A DNA stretch of 64,000 bases, taken from NCBI GenBank assembly GCA_963837955.1, contig CAWIPH010000002.1:3968001-4032000 (forward strand), read 5' to 3'. The notes under the pieces are model-generated. The model had not been told where the DNA came from and made no database searches. It saw only the letters and a list, made by a program, of their open reading frames with translations. Both the position numbers and the translations under genes were made by a program. Origin of the DNA: an uncultured Verrucomicrobiae bacterium (GTDB lineage: Bacteria; Verrucomicrobiota; Verrucomicrobiia; Chthoniobacterales; JAFAMB01). Each line of letters begins with the position of its first letter. Within the stretch, counting starts at the first letter, position 1. Shown piece after piece: positions 38,095-48,878 of the stretch.

Positions 38095-38739
38095 ATGGCG
38101 AGACCGAGCCAATCGTCCGAAAAACGGCGGTCCTTATCTCTGAGCGATGGGCTAGTCGAGTTTTTTACATCGGTTCTCGAATTGCATCAATGGCTCGACC
38201 GAAATCACACAAAAGAGACCGCTCTCAGGGTCGGATTTTACAAAAAAAAGACAGAACAGCTTGGTGTCACCTATCAAGGAGCACTCGATGAAGCGCTCTG
38301 TTTCGGCTGGATCGATGGCGTTCGCAAGAGCATCGATCAGGGGAGCTACATGATTCGATTTTCGCCGCGCAAACCAAAGAGTATTTGGAGCGCGGTTAAC
38401 ATTAAGCGAGTTGAGGAACTAACCAAACTCGGACGGATGCAGGACGCGGGCATGAAGGCGTTTGCGCAACGACTTCCAGAAAACCAGAACCGTTACTCTT
38501 ACGAGAAGGGTGACAGGTCCTTTGACCAGGATTTTGTTCGCAGATTCAAGGAAAACAAAAAAGCGTGGCACTTCTTTGAGGATCAGCCGGCAGGCTATCG
38601 GCGCACGGCTACTTGGTGGGTCATGAGCGCCAAGAGAGAAGAAACCAAACTCAAGCGACTGGCGATTCTCATTGGTGACTCCGAGCGCGCTGTTAGAATT
38701 TCGGCGGTAACCGGGAGGCAGTCACGGCCAGAAATCTAG
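38095..38739 (+). CDS. YdeI/OmpD-associated (bacteriocin-protection) family protein
   Basis: ALDEALCFGWIDG, FSPRKPKSIWSAVN, AKREETKLKRL. Confidence 0.88.
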   Translation: MARPSQSSEKRRSLSLSDGLVEFFTSVLELHQWLDRNHTKETALRVGFYKKKTEQLGVTYQGALDEALCFGWIDGVRKSIDQGSYMIRFSPRKPKSIWSAVNIKRVEELTKLGRMQDAGMKAFAQRLPENQNRYSYEKGDRSFDQDFVRRFKENKKAWHFFEDQPAGYRRTATWWVMSAKREETKLKRLAILIGDSERAVRISAVTGRQSRPEI

Positions 38740-38780
38740 CCGCTTCAGGTCGGTGGCCCGATCGCTATCATTCGTATATT

Positions 38781-39449
38781 TCATCGCTCAAAAAAGCGCG
38801 CGCATTCTTCCAAATCCTTGACCGTGGCATCCGGTTCGATTCCCCATGGATCAAATACCTGCTCGAGACTGCGCTGCACCCACACTGCCCGGAGGCCCGC
38901 CGATTTTGCGCCGATCACATCCCACGGATTACTGGAGATCAACCAAACACTTCGAGCGTCGGTCCCAACGGATCGCGTCAGGTAGGCGTAAACCGCCGGG
39001 CTTGGTTTGAAGGTACGGATTTCGTCAACGCTGATGATTTGGGTAAAATAACCGGAGAGCTGCGTGCCAAATAATATTTGGCTTATGGCTCGAGCCGTTC
39101 CGTTGGAAAACGCAACAAGCTGCTCTTTGTTCTTGTGCAACTGTTCCAGCGCCATCGACGCATCCGGGAAAGCGGGTAATCGTTGCTGCGCATCCAACAA
39201 CGCTCTTTTTTGTTCTGAATCGAGCTGAGTCCGCATCTCCAGATCGACAAAATCAAGGGCTTGGCGGCTACACTCACCGAAGTCAGCATAATATTGCATG
39301 AGACCGCGCCGGAACGCGTACTCCACAGTCTTTTCGCGCCAACGCGCCAAAAACGCCGGAGCCCGACCTGCCAGAAGTGGCTCCGCGAGTTTTCGGATCC
39401 CATGGACATCCACCAGCGTCCCGTATACATCGAAGGCTAAGACCCGCAT
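38781..39449 (-). CDS. Haloacid dehalogenase type II (HAD)
   Basis: FDVYGTL, FSNG, FKP, SSNPWDVIGA. Confidence 0.92.
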   Translation of the reverse strand: MRVLAFDVYGTLVDVHGIRKLAEPLLAGRAPAFLARWREKTVEYAFRRGLMQYYADFGECSRQALDFVDLEMRTQLDSEQKRALLDAQQRLPAFPDASMALEQLHKNKEQLVAFSNGTARAISQILFGTQLSGYFTQIISVDEIRTFKPSPAVYAYLTRSVGTDARSVWLISSNPWDVIGAKSAGLRAVWVQRSLEQVFDPWGIEPDATVKDLEECARFFER

Positions 39450-39568
39450 CGGACAGAGTTTCCCGAAAGTGCGCTCTGTTCAAATGCAGACGGCTAGAGT
39501 CTGGAGCAAGCTTCCCGGGTGAATAAACGATTTGTAAATTGCTTCTTGATCAGCAATCTGGTTGGCAA

Positions 39569-41563
39569 ATGTCTCGACCAGCAGTCCCGCCCAGAATCTG
39601 GTTTAGTATTTTTGCTGTGTTTGCGTTCCTAGTCGGCATGGCGGGATTTGCGCGGGGACAAGCCCCCTCGCCCGAGGCAAGTGCCTCACCAGCGCCAGTT
39701 GCGAATGCTGCCGGGCATGACCTCTCAGCTAGTGATCTCCAAAGCTTCTTGGACGGGTTCATGTCACAGGCCTTGGAAAATAGAAATCTGGCCGGAGCGG
39801 TGGTCACGGTTGTCAAAGATGGACAACAACTGTTCGGGGGCGGATTCGGTTACGCTGATGCTGAAAAGAAGAGCCCCATTTTGGCGGACCAGACGCTCTT
39901 CCGTCCCGGATCGATTTCCAAGCTTTTCACAGCGATCGCCGTCCTCCAGTTAGTCGAAGACGGAAAGCTCGATCTCGATCGGGATATTAATGAGTATCTG
40001 GATTTCAAGATTCCGCAGACTTTTCCGCAGGCAATCACACTCCGCAATCTGCTTACTCACACCGCTGGATTCGAAGAGCAAAATAGGGATCTGCTGGTGT
40101 CCCGACCGGAGGATCTCCAATCGCTATCTGATTTTCTCAAGGCGCATACACCGGCACGCATCTTCGCCCCGGGAAGCGTCCCGGCCTATTCCAATTACGG
40201 GGTTGCCCTCGCCGGATACATCGTCGAGCGCGTAAGCGGGATTCCCTTTGCGAAGTACGTCCAATACCAAATTCTGAGACCGCTCAAAATGGATCATTCG
40301 ACGTTTGAGCAGCCGTTGCCGGAGGCTATGCGGTCCGACATGTCCAACGGCTATGAAACAGCATCGGATCCACCGGGTCCGTTCGAACTGATTGCTGAAT
40401 CGCCTGCTGGAGGATTGTCTTCAACCGGAAGCGACATGGCCCGGTTCATGCAAGCGCTCCTCAACGAGGGCAATTTAGACGGCGCCCAAGTTCTTTCCGC
40501 AGAATCGGTTCAGGAAATGGAGAAGCGCGTACTGGTGCTCCACCCGCAGGCTAACGCGATGGGTCTGGTGATAATGGAATACCGGCGAGACGGCCCGCGA
40601 GTGATCGGCCACGGCGGCGACACAGTCTATTTTCACAGCGAACTCCTGCTGATTCCGGAAGCAAACACCGGTCTGTTCATCTCATTTAATACCCTGGGCA
40701 ACAAGCCATCCAGTCCGGCTTCGGAACTGACGGAAGCGTTTCTGCAGCGCTATTTTCCTGTTTCGGTCAATTTGCAATTAGCCATAGCGGCCGCAGGAGG
40801 TGATGGCAAGGCGGTCGCCGGCTCTTATCAGATCAGCCGGCGGGCGGAAACGAACTTGCTCCGGATCGCCGCCCTAGCAAGCCAAGTGACGGTCAATGCC
40901 GATGCTGACGGGATCGTTACCGTGAGTCGTTCCAAGAATTCGCGAGGAGAGCTGAGGCGCTGGCGAGAGATTTCGCCGCTTGTCTATCAGGAGATTGATG
41001 GGAACCGAAAACTAGTGTTTCGATCCGGACCCGACGGACAAATCGCGGATATGACCTACCGGCTTCCAATCGTGCTTTTCCAAAAAGTGGCGTTTCTGGA
41101 GTCCATGCCTTTCGTGGCTACTACCCTCGGAATCGCTCTTCTGATCATTGGTGGCACCGTCGTTCTGTTTCCGATCGCCGTCATTCTGCGCCGGCGCTAT
41201 GGCAAAAAACTATTCCCGCACGATCCTCTCTCCAAGCTGTTCTATGTGGTTGCCCGGATTGTTTGCATCCTTCAGGTGGCCCTCGTTGTGGTTTTACTGC
41301 TCTTTTTGAGCAAACTAGACAGCGAAACCTATCTAAAATTGGCCTCTTCTGAGGATCGATGGCTTGACGCCATTCATTGGCTGGGTTGGATTGGCCTATA
41401 TGGAGGTGTCCTCTTCATGCTCGGGGCTACCTTCTACTTTTGGATCAACCGCAGCGGTCCCATGGCTCATCGCATCCACATGACGTTGCTATTGATCGCT
41501 ACGGCGGTTTTCTTGTTCTACGCCCAGACCTATCACGTTCTCGACAGCTCCAGGCAGTTCTAA
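39569..41563 (+). CDS. Serine hydrolase (beta-lactamase-related) with C-terminal TM helices
   Basis: FRPGSISK (SxxK), LLTHTAG, YSN, HGG. Confidence 0.9.
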   Translation: MSRPAVPPRIWFSIFAVFAFLVGMAGFARGQAPSPEASASPAPVANAAGHDLSASDLQSFLDGFMSQALENRNLAGAVVTVVKDGQQLFGGGFGYADAEKKSPILADQTLFRPGSISKLFTAIAVLQLVEDGKLDLDRDINEYLDFKIPQTFPQAITLRNLLTHTAGFEEQNRDLLVSRPEDLQSLSDFLKAHTPARIFAPGSVPAYSNYGVALAGYIVERVSGIPFAKYVQYQILRPLKMDHSTFEQPLPEAMRSDMSNGYETASDPPGPFELIAESPAGGLSSTGSDMARFMQALLNEGNLDGAQVLSAESVQEMEKRVLVLHPQANAMGLVIMEYRRDGPRVIGHGGDTVYFHSELLLIPEANTGLFISFNTLGNKPSSPASELTEAFLQRYFPVSVNLQLAIAAAGGDGKAVAGSYQISRRAETNLLRIAALASQVTVNADADGIVTVSRSKNSRGELRRWREISPLVYQEIDGNRKLVFRSGPDGQIADMTYRLPIVLFQKVAFLESMPFVATTLGIALLIIGGTVVLFPIAVILRRRYGKKLFPHDPLSKLFYVVARIVCILQVALVVVLLLFLSKLDSETYLKLASSEDRWLDAIHWLGWIGLYGGVLFMLGATFYFWINRSGPMAHRIHMTLLLIATAVFLFYAQTYHVLDSSRQF

Positions 41564-41574
41564 CCAGCCTTTTT

Positions 41575-41633
41575 CAGCGAACGACAACGAACGACAACGA
41601 ACGACAACGAACGACAACGAACGTCAGCGAACG
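41575..41633. repeat. 10-bp tandem repeat ACGACAACGA (~6 units)
   Basis: Four exact copies plus variants; same unit family as 10972-11025. Confidence 0.9.
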
Positions 41634-41867
41634 TTTGCTTTTTTAAGACTCAGCAGAAAGCCGATTTCGGCCTTCAGCCGCCGATTTCCTACGACCAATC
41701 ACATCCGCCTCTATCTGAGATGCATATGAGAATAAATCCGCCACAAAAGCCAGAATTTTGAGGTCTGGCGTCAGGTTTTGGGTTGATTTGATGATCTCGA
41801 ATCTTTTTCGAGATTTTTTCAGAAAATTATTGCCGCTCCCTAGCTTCTTCTGTTGCTCTATATAGCC

Positions 41868-44369
41868 ATGCCCTTCTACCGCATCCTGATGTCGGTACCA
41901 GATGACGCTCGGTTCGAATGGGAGCGAGCGGGTGAAATAGTGAAGCGAGTTAGCGAAGACTACACGGATGAAGTAGAGCTGGAACTCTATTGCCACCGGA
42001 ATAACCAAGGCAGTGCCCAGGATTTCTTTGTTCCCAACGCCGAACGCATTGATTTAGTGGTCTGCCTGATCGGCGAGCAAAGCTCGAACACGGAGACGAA
42101 CTCAGGAAGATCGGCCTCTCCGGGTCCGAATATCTGTCAGGAAGTTGTGACCGCTCACACACCGCAACTTGGGCACATTCCAGATTTTCTGTTATTTACA
42201 AAGGATTCCGAAAATATTGACCAAACTGTCGCGGGATCCGAGCAAAACAATTTCAAGTGGAGCACGCTCGAAGGCTTCCTGCGAGACTGGAACAGATTTG
42301 GCGTCAACCGCCAAGGCAAGTTTACCACCAGCATAAACCGTTATCGCGATACCAAAGAATTCGGGGAGATTTTCGAGCGCCTCTTACGCCAAACATTCCA
42401 CCAACGCTTCGCCCAGCCGATCACTGAGCACGTTTTTCCGCGGGGAGAAGCGTTGACCCAAGCGGACCATTTTTTTCATCGCTTCGGCGAGGCGCTCGGC
42501 ATGGATATCCGGTCCTATGTGTATGACTGGCTTTGGCAAATCCGAATCCAGGGTAGAAAGGAGAGACGGTTTGTAGCGAAAACCGTTTTTTCCATCAGTG
42601 GGGCACTGGTGGCAGCGATTGTCTTCGGTTCAGTGAGCTTTCATCGCTACCATCACTTTGAAGACGCGCGTCGCATAGCGATCGCGGAAAAGACCGAAGC
42701 TCAGCGGGTAATGCGACAGGCCATCGGCGCCCGATTCCGCGCTGAATCTATGGTTCATACCATCGTGGCGGACATTGGCGACAACCTGAATCCGGTACGT
42801 CGAATGGATCTGCTCGACGGCGCACTGCGAGGGATCGAATCCTACAACCGGGAGACCGGTGGCAATTCGCGCGACGCCGCGATTTCGGTGCTTCGCGTGT
42901 CGGCTTTGGATGACCAGGCCGATCTACTCCGAGATGAAGGGAAACTCGTAGAAGCGCTTAATTCCCGGCAGGAAGCCTGCCAAATCATTCGCCGATTCTT
43001 GAAAGAAAATCAGGAGCGAACGCGCTGGTCCGATCATCTAGTCCAAGAACTGCAAACGATTGGAGATATCCAGGTCTCCCTGAAAAAACTAGATCCGGCG
43101 ATCTCATCGTACCAGAGCGCGACACAAACTCTTGAAGAATTGGTCGATCAGGACCCCGAGAATCTTGCTAGGAAAAGTCGGTTGGTAACGAGTTTGAGTA
43201 AACTGGGAAACGTCTGTTTCACGAAGCAGGAATGGTCGGAAGCTATCGGCTGGTATGAACGAGAGCGCAGCGTGGTGCAGACTTTGGTCGAGAAGGACCC
43301 GAACGATTCCGGTCGTTGGTTGTTGTTGTCCGATATTTTTAACCGATTAGGCGAGCTCTACGTTAATGTTGGCATTCCGGATCGAGCAACCGGCTCTTAC
43401 AAAGGCGCGTTAGATGTGGCCAGGAAATTGGTCGATCTGAATCCAGCGAACCCTGCGTTTCGTCGAAGCCTTTTGGCTAGCCTGGAGCGAACAGGATACG
43501 CTCTGGAAGTCGAGGGCAAACTCCCGGAAGCGTTGGATTTTTACAACGAGCAGTTAGATAGCGTGCAGAAATTGCTGAACGAAGATCCAGCAAACGGCGG
43601 ATTGCACCGCGATTTGGCCATTAGTCTGGATCATATCGGCGGTGTTTTGCGGGCTGAAGGACGTCCGCAGGCGGCTGCCAAGTATTATCAGCAATCCCTG
43701 GAGATCGCTCAACGGATGGCTGATGCCGAACCGGCCAATCGTAAACGGCAACGCGATGTTGCGCTTGGGCTGGCCAACTTAGGAAGCGTCGAAGCAGACT
43801 TCGATCGTCCGGAGGACGCCCTCAACACCTCTGAACGCGGCCGTGCCATTTTTCAGAAACTATGCGACGAAGAGCCGGATAACATGGCTTACCAGAACGA
43901 TCTGGCTGTCTGCTTGGGGCGCGTAGGAGATCTACTAAAGGCGGATGGCCAACTCGACAAAGCTCTCCAATATTACGCGAACTCGCTCCAGATCTGCCAA
44001 AGGTTGGCACAGTCAGACCAAAATAACAGCATGTGGTGCCAGGATTTCGCTTTGGCTCTGCAACGCGTAGGCGAAACTTTGATCGCTTTGCAAAAACCTG
44101 AAGACGGGCTCAGGGACTACCAGCAAAGCTGCGAAATTTTTGAGCGACTTCTCGAGTCCAATCGAGCCAATCCTGCTTGGCAAGAGTTTCTGGCTAACGG
44201 ATATTTGCAAACTGCGAAAATCCTACAGGGCCGAGACCAGGAAGCCCAGATCCCGCCCCAGCTAGTTCGTTGCCGAGAAATGCTGCGAACCCTGCAGGTT
44301 TCCGAACAGCTCGACGACTTTGGCGTTTCTCTTCTCGGAGAGACCGAACAAATCTTGGCAAAGAAATAA
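41868..44369 (+). CDS. Membrane-anchored TPR-repeat protein with N-terminal DUF4062/TIR-like domain
   Basis: ~55-aa repeats (A..YY..SL.I...L...DP.N...QRDLA.SL..IG), one TM helix. Confidence 0.8.
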   Translation: MPFYRILMSVPDDARFEWERAGEIVKRVSEDYTDEVELELYCHRNNQGSAQDFFVPNAERIDLVVCLIGEQSSNTETNSGRSASPGPNICQEVVTAHTPQLGHIPDFLLFTKDSENIDQTVAGSEQNNFKWSTLEGFLRDWNRFGVNRQGKFTTSINRYRDTKEFGEIFERLLRQTFHQRFAQPITEHVFPRGEALTQADHFFHRFGEALGMDIRSYVYDWLWQIRIQGRKERRFVAKTVFSISGALVAAIVFGSVSFHRYHHFEDARRIAIAEKTEAQRVMRQAIGARFRAESMVHTIVADIGDNLNPVRRMDLLDGALRGIESYNRETGGNSRDAAISVLRVSALDDQADLLRDEGKLVEALNSRQEACQIIRRFLKENQERTRWSDHLVQELQTIGDIQVSLKKLDPAISSYQSATQTLEELVDQDPENLARKSRLVTSLSKLGNVCFTKQEWSEAIGWYERERSVVQTLVEKDPNDSGRWLLLSDIFNRLGELYVNVGIPDRATGSYKGALDVARKLVDLNPANPAFRRSLLASLERTGYALEVEGKLPEALDFYNEQLDSVQKLLNEDPANGGLHRDLAISLDHIGGVLRAEGRPQAAAKYYQQSLEIAQRMADAEPANRKRQRDVALGLANLGSVEADFDRPEDALNTSERGRAIFQKLCDEEPDNMAYQNDLAVCLGRVGDLLKADGQLDKALQYYANSLQICQRLAQSDQNNSMWCQDFALALQRVGETLIALQKPEDGLRDYQQSCEIFERLLESNRANPAWQEFLANGYLQTAKILQGRDQEAQIPPQLVRCREMLRTLQVSEQLDDFGVSLLGETEQILAKK

Positions 44370-44537
44370 AAGGGACTGGCGGCCTCGGACGAATTACTCC
44401 AAACCCTGCCTTCCGGCTCGGGAGCCTTTTTGTTAGCGCGCGCGACGATGCGGGACCGCATACGTCCTAATAGCGGGACGGAATTCTTCCGGCCTGGTCT
44501 CCCCTTGCCGTTGTATTGCGAAAGAAAGAGAAACCGC

Positions 44538-44942
44538 TCAATATGTTACGATCCTGGGAAGCTTCTTAGCTTCCTCCACCCAGCGGAGAACGGTCGCAGC
44601 TCCCGGCACGAGGTGCACTTGGTGTTTCTTCTGGTTGCTTTCTTTCAGTGCTGCGTGCAAATGATCCGCTCTGCGCTGAGCTAACTCGAGAACGGAGTCG
44701 ACACCCGAAGCTTGGAGAAGCTCCGCATATTGCCGCCCAATCCCTTTCACTCGGAACAAATCAGCCTGGTTGACCCATTTTAAGATATGGTGCTCAGAAA
44801 ATCCGATCTTCTTAGCTAGCTCCTGGCGATGTTTCGGACTCGACGCGGCGTGTAACAACTGCTCTACAGTCTTGATTCCTTCGGCTTCTAGCTTTTTGGT
44901 GTGCGAGACTCCGATCCCTTCGATTTTGTTGATGTGGCTCAT
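44538..44942 (-). CDS. DUF4332 (helix-hairpin-helix) protein
   Basis: IEGIG, WVNQADLFRVKGIGRQYAELL..SGVDSV. Confidence 0.85.
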   Translation of the reverse strand: MSHINKIEGIGVSHTKKLEAEGIKTVEQLLHAASSPKHRQELAKKIGFSEHHILKWVNQADLFRVKGIGRQYAELLQASGVDSVLELAQRRADHLHAALKESNQKKHQVHLVPGAATVLRWVEEAKKLPRIVTY

Positions 44943-45161
44943 TTTCTGGGGTTCGCGTTGATTATGACAAACTTGATAACCCTCTGCCAACAGGTTTGTT
45001 ACGAATGAAAAACTTTGTGGATCCCCCCGTGACGGCCATCTGGCACACGGGAACCAGGCGGCGTTGGCGGAAAAATGTCCAAAGTGTTCCGGCAAAGCGC
45101 ATTCCGGATCGCCAACCAAAGGTCGACAAGGTCAGACGCGTGGCTAGCTTAGTTCCTCGCC

Positions 45162-46691
45162 ATGAAGATTAAACGCGCCCTCCTGTCGGTTTCGGATAAA
45201 TCCGGACTCGTTCCCTTCGCGCGACGCTTGAGCAAGATGGGAGTAGAAATCGTCTCGACCGGCGGAACGGCGGCCGTCCTTAAGAAGGAGGGAATCGCTC
45301 TCGTAGAAATGGAACAGTTTACAGGTTTTCCAGAGATCTTGGGTGGCCGCGTGAAGACACTCCATCCGAAGGTCCACGGTGGCCTGCTTTTCGTTCGGAA
45401 CAACCTCGATCACCAACAGCAGGTCGAAACAAATCAGATCGAGCCGATCGATCTGGTTGTGGTCAACCTTTATCCATTTGAGGAGACGATTAAGAAGCCG
45501 GAAGTAAACCTCGAAGAAGCGATCGAGCAGATCGATATTGGCGGGCCGTCGATGCTGCGGAGTGCAGCCAAGAATTATCGATTCGTGACGGTCGTGACAG
45601 ATCCGGCCGACTACAACCTGGTTCTAGACGAACTCGATCAACATGAAGGTGAAACGACGCTGGCTTTGCGCGAGCAGCTTGCCATCAAAGTCTTCCTGAC
45701 TACGTCGAAATACGATAGTGTAATCGCGACCTACCTGAATGATGAACAGGCGACTTCCGGATCCTATGCGGTGTCGCTACCGCTAGCCATGCGACTGCGG
45801 TACGGTGAAAATCCGCACCAGAGCGCCTCTCTCTACGGCCCTTTCACTGACTTTTTTCAGAAACTGCACGGGAAAGAACTCTCCTATAACAATATTCTCG
45901 ATATTAATGCTGCCGCGGGCCTGATCCAGGAATTCGTTGAACCGACGGTGGCCATCTTGAAGCATACGAATCCGTGCGGAGTCGGCACCGACCATGATCT
46001 CCGAGAAGCGTGGCTGAAAGCATTTGCGACCGACAAACAGGCACCTTTTGGTGGCATTATCGCGTGTAATCGTCCGCTGACCGAGTCGTTGGCGCGCGCT
46101 ATCTCCGAAATATTTAGCGAGGTGATCATCGCTCCGGAATTTGAGCCTGAAGCGCGCGCTTTGCTGCAAAAGAAGAAAAATCTTCGACTCATCAAGGTGT
46201 CCGACTGGCTTAACTCAACCCGCTCAGAACCAGATGTACGTTCCGTGATAGGCGGAATGCTCGTGCAAGACAAGGACTGGGGAGAATTGAAGGACCCGGA
46301 GAGGCAAGTCGTTTCCCAACGGCCGCCCACGGCTGATGAAATGAAGGCAATGCTGTTCGGCTGGAAAATTGTCAAACATGTAAAATCCAACGCGATCGTT
46401 TATGCCGCGAAAGATCGGACGCTTGGGATCGGCGCTGGTCAGATGGCGCGGGTCGACGCCTCGCGGATCGCGATCTGGAAAGCAAGCGAAGCCGGCCTTT
46501 CTCTGAAGGGCAGTGCAGTTGCCAGCGACGCATTTTTCCCGTTTGCAGATGGATTGATCGCGGCCTCGGAGGCAGGCGCGACGGCCGTCATTCAACCGGG
46601 TGGTTCGGTGCGCGATCCTGAAGTCATTCAAGCCGCCAACGATCGTCGAATGGCGATGGTTTTCACTGGCGTTAGGCACTTTCGGCATTAG
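45162..46691 (+). CDS. purH: Bifunctional AICAR transformylase / IMP cyclohydrolase
   Basis: [42 protein letters not shown]. Confidence 0.98.
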   Translation: MKIKRALLSVSDKSGLVPFARRLSKMGVEIVSTGGTAAVLKKEGIALVEMEQFTGFPEILGGRVKTLHPKVHGGLLFVRNNLDHQQQVETNQIEPIDLVVVNLYPFEETIKKPEVNLEEAIEQIDIGGPSMLRSAAKNYRFVTVVTDPADYNLVLDELDQHEGETTLALREQLAIKVFLTTSKYDSVIATYLNDEQATSGSYAVSLPLAMRLRYGENPHQSASLYGPFTDFFQKLHGKELSYNNILDINAAAGLIQEFVEPTVAILKHTNPCGVGTDHDLREAWLKAFATDKQAPFGGIIACNRPLTESLARAISEIFSEVIIAPEFEPEARALLQKKKNLRLIKVSDWLNSTRSEPDVRSVIGGMLVQDKDWGELKDPERQVVSQRPPTADEMKAMLFGWKIVKHVKSNAIVYAAKDRTLGIGAGQMARVDASRIAIWKASEAGLSLKGSAVASDAFFPFADGLIAASEAGATAVIQPGGSVRDPEVIQAANDRRMAMVFTGVRHFRH

Positions 46692-46750
46692 GGCTGACCG
46701 AAAACGCGCAAACGGTTAGCTGTCCCCTTTTGTCAATCCCTGAAAGTTGT

Positions 46751-47494
46751 ATGCTCAAATTAGGTGTAAATATTGACCATGTCGCGACGCTCCGTCAGGT
46801 GCGCTACGTGGGATTAAATGACTCTCCAAACTGCGAACCCGACGTCATCGCGGCGGCCTCCATATGCGAACGAGCCGGAGCCCACGGCATCACCGTGCAT
46901 CTCCGGGCCGACCGACGGCACATTCAAGATCAAGACGTTTTTCGGCTGCGCGCTAGCCTGATGACAAAGCTGAATTTGGAAATGGGAAATACTCCGGAAA
47001 TTCTCGATACGGCAATTCGCATCGTGCCAGATGACGTTTGTCTCGTCCCGGAAAATCGTCAGGAGGTGACAACCGAAGGCGGATTAGACGTGGTACGTCA
47101 TGCAAAATCCCTCAAAAAAACGGTCGAGCGCCTGCAGGCAGCCGGCATCCGGGTGAGTATGTTTATCGAGCCAAGCGCTGATCAAATCGCGGCGTCGGCC
47201 GACCTTGGCGCTCAGGTTGTCGAACTCCACACCGGAGCATACTCTAACGCATTAGATGATTTTCAGATCGATGAATTAAACCGGCTCGAGGCGGCGGCGC
47301 ATTTCGCAGAAGAAAAGGGACTTATTGTCAACGCCGGACACGGAATAAACTATGCGAACGTCCATCGACTGCTTTCGATTTCTGATTGGAATGAATTCAA
47401 CATCGGCCACTCCATTATCTCGCGCGCGATCTTTATCGGTCTGGAGAATGCCGTTCGCGAGATGACCCAAAAGCTAGCTTCAGGAGCGCGGTGA
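46751..47494 (+). CDS. pdxJ: Pyridoxine 5'-phosphate synthase
   Basis: LGVNIDHVATLR, HLRADRRHI, TTEGGLD, NIGHSII. Confidence 0.97.
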   Translation: MLKLGVNIDHVATLRQVRYVGLNDSPNCEPDVIAAASICERAGAHGITVHLRADRRHIQDQDVFRLRASLMTKLNLEMGNTPEILDTAIRIVPDDVCLVPENRQEVTTEGGLDVVRHAKSLKKTVERLQAAGIRVSMFIEPSADQIAASADLGAQVVELHTGAYSNALDDFQIDELNRLEAAAHFAEEKGLIVNAGHGINYANVHRLLSISDWNEFNIGHSIISRAIFIGLENAVREMTQKLASGAR

Positions 47495-47880
47495 CAGTAT
47501 TTGGCATTGGAATTGACGTGGTAGAAATCGGGCGAATCGCCGATTTAATTCGGAGTCATGGTCAACGATTTTTGGATCGGGTATACCAGCCAGGAGAGAT
47601 CGACTACTGCCAGTCGATGCGAGATCCGGCCCCTCATTTTGCCGCTCGCTTCGCCGCCAAAGAAGCGATCTCCAAAGCATTTGGAACAGGATTTGCCCAA
47701 CACGTAAATTGGCGGGACATCGAGGTCCGCCGGAAGGCGAGCGGGGAGCCGTTCGTTGTGCTTCACTCCGGGGCGGCGGATTTGGCCAAGAGATTAAACA
47801 TTGAGACGGTGTTAGTTAGCCTCAGCCATTCCCAGGCATACGCCGTAGCAAATGCGTTGCTGTTGAAAGGCGCACCCTAA
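47491..47880 (+). CDS. acpS: Holo-ACP synthase
   Basis: GIGIDVVEI, AARFAAKEA..KA.GTG, SLSH. Confidence 0.96.
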   Translation: MTVFGIGIDVVEIGRIADLIRSHGQRFLDRVYQPGEIDYCQSMRDPAPHFAARFAAKEAISKAFGTGFAQHVNWRDIEVRRKASGEPFVVLHSGAADLAKRLNIETVLVSLSHSQAYAVANALLLKGAP

Positions 47881-47909
47881 CGCTCGAACTATCCTTTTCC
47901 CCTCTCCCC

Positions 47910-48641
47910 ATGCCGTCGGATTACAAGGTCAAAATCGAAGTCTTCGAAGGACCCCTCGATCTCCTTCTTTACCTCATCAAGAAAGAAGAGGTGGATATCT
48001 ACGCAGTTTCGATCGAGCGAATCACGAGTCAATACTTGGAGTATCTCGACACGTTCCGAATGCTGGATCTCGAGATTGCGGGAGAGTTTGTGGTAATGGC
48101 CGCTACCCTCATCTATATCAAGAGCCGGAGCCTGCTGCCTGTGCATCAACAGCCTCCGGACGCTGACGCGGAAGAAGAAGATCCCAGATGGGATCTGATC
48201 CGGCAGCTAATCGAGTATAAGAAATTCAAAGATGCAGCCTTCCAGCTTCATCAAAGAGAACTGCTTCAGGAGGGCATCATCCCCCGAGTAGCAGAAAAAC
48301 CTGACTTCGAAGATCGCGGCACACTGCTTAAGAGTGAGGTCGGCATCTTCGACTTAATTAGCGCCTTCCAGAAGGTGCTGAAAAAGCTCGAAGATCGACG
48401 CGAAGACCTCCGCGAAATCTTCGAAGAAAATTTCACAGTTTCCGACAAGATCGACTTTATCATCCGCACGACCACGGCAAGCAAGCAGATCGCCTTCTCG
48501 GAACTATTCGCCTCAGCCGCGAGCCGCACTGAGATCGTCGTTACCTTTCTGGCACTGCTCGAATTGATTCGGCTGAAACAATTACGGGTTACCCAGGCGG
48601 CGCCATTTTCCGAAATCGGAATCGAGCGCATCAGTGACTAA
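47910..48641 (+). CDS. scpA: Segregation and condensation protein A
   Basis: FEGPLDLLLYLI, IKSRSLLP, FLALLELI. Confidence 0.95.
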   Translation: MPSDYKVKIEVFEGPLDLLLYLIKKEEVDIYAVSIERITSQYLEYLDTFRMLDLEIAGEFVVMAATLIYIKSRSLLPVHQQPPDADAEEEDPRWDLIRQLIEYKKFKDAAFQLHQRELLQEGIIPRVAEKPDFEDRGTLLKSEVGIFDLISAFQKVLKKLEDRREDLREIFEENFTVSDKIDFIIRTTTASKQIAFSELFASAASRTEIVVTFLALLELIRLKQLRVTQAAPFSEIGIERISD

Positions 48642-48795
48642 ATGCGCGGACTTGATCTGGGTTGGCCATGCCGAATAATCGTTTCTTCTGATGCCTGATA
48701 TCGTTTAATATGGAGGATGTACATGCTAGGCGGCAGTGGAACGTTCCTACCAGGCCACAGGTCACTCGACGGAGGCTAAAGTTCTCATCAGATTG

Positions 48796-48811
48796 ATGAC
48801 AATATTGTCAT
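48796..48811. promoter_or_regulatory. Perfect 16-bp palindrome ATGACAATATTGTCAT (CusR/CopR-box-like)
   Basis: Upstream of an efflux operon ending in an OmpR-family TCS; extra TTGTCAT half-sites at 48828 and 48863. Confidence 0.65.
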
Positions 48812-48878
48812 GGCCGCTTCGGCCAGATTGTCATGATAGCCATTGAGTTTGGCGCTGGTGTGTTGTCATCAGAAAACC

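Noticed and set aside
45000..45160. ZMP/ZTP riboswitch upstream of purH
   Set aside because: Only a cgtgac fragment matches; the GCCTGGGC 3' hairpin and other consensus elements are missing.
37130..48641. rpsR/rplI missing after rpsF-ssb and scpB missing after scpA
   Set aside because: These genes are often located elsewhere; absence from this window says nothing about the genome.
48712..48779. 18-aa ORF MLGGSGTFLPGHRSLDGG with GGAGG upstream
   Set aside because: Too short, no supporting features; could be chance.
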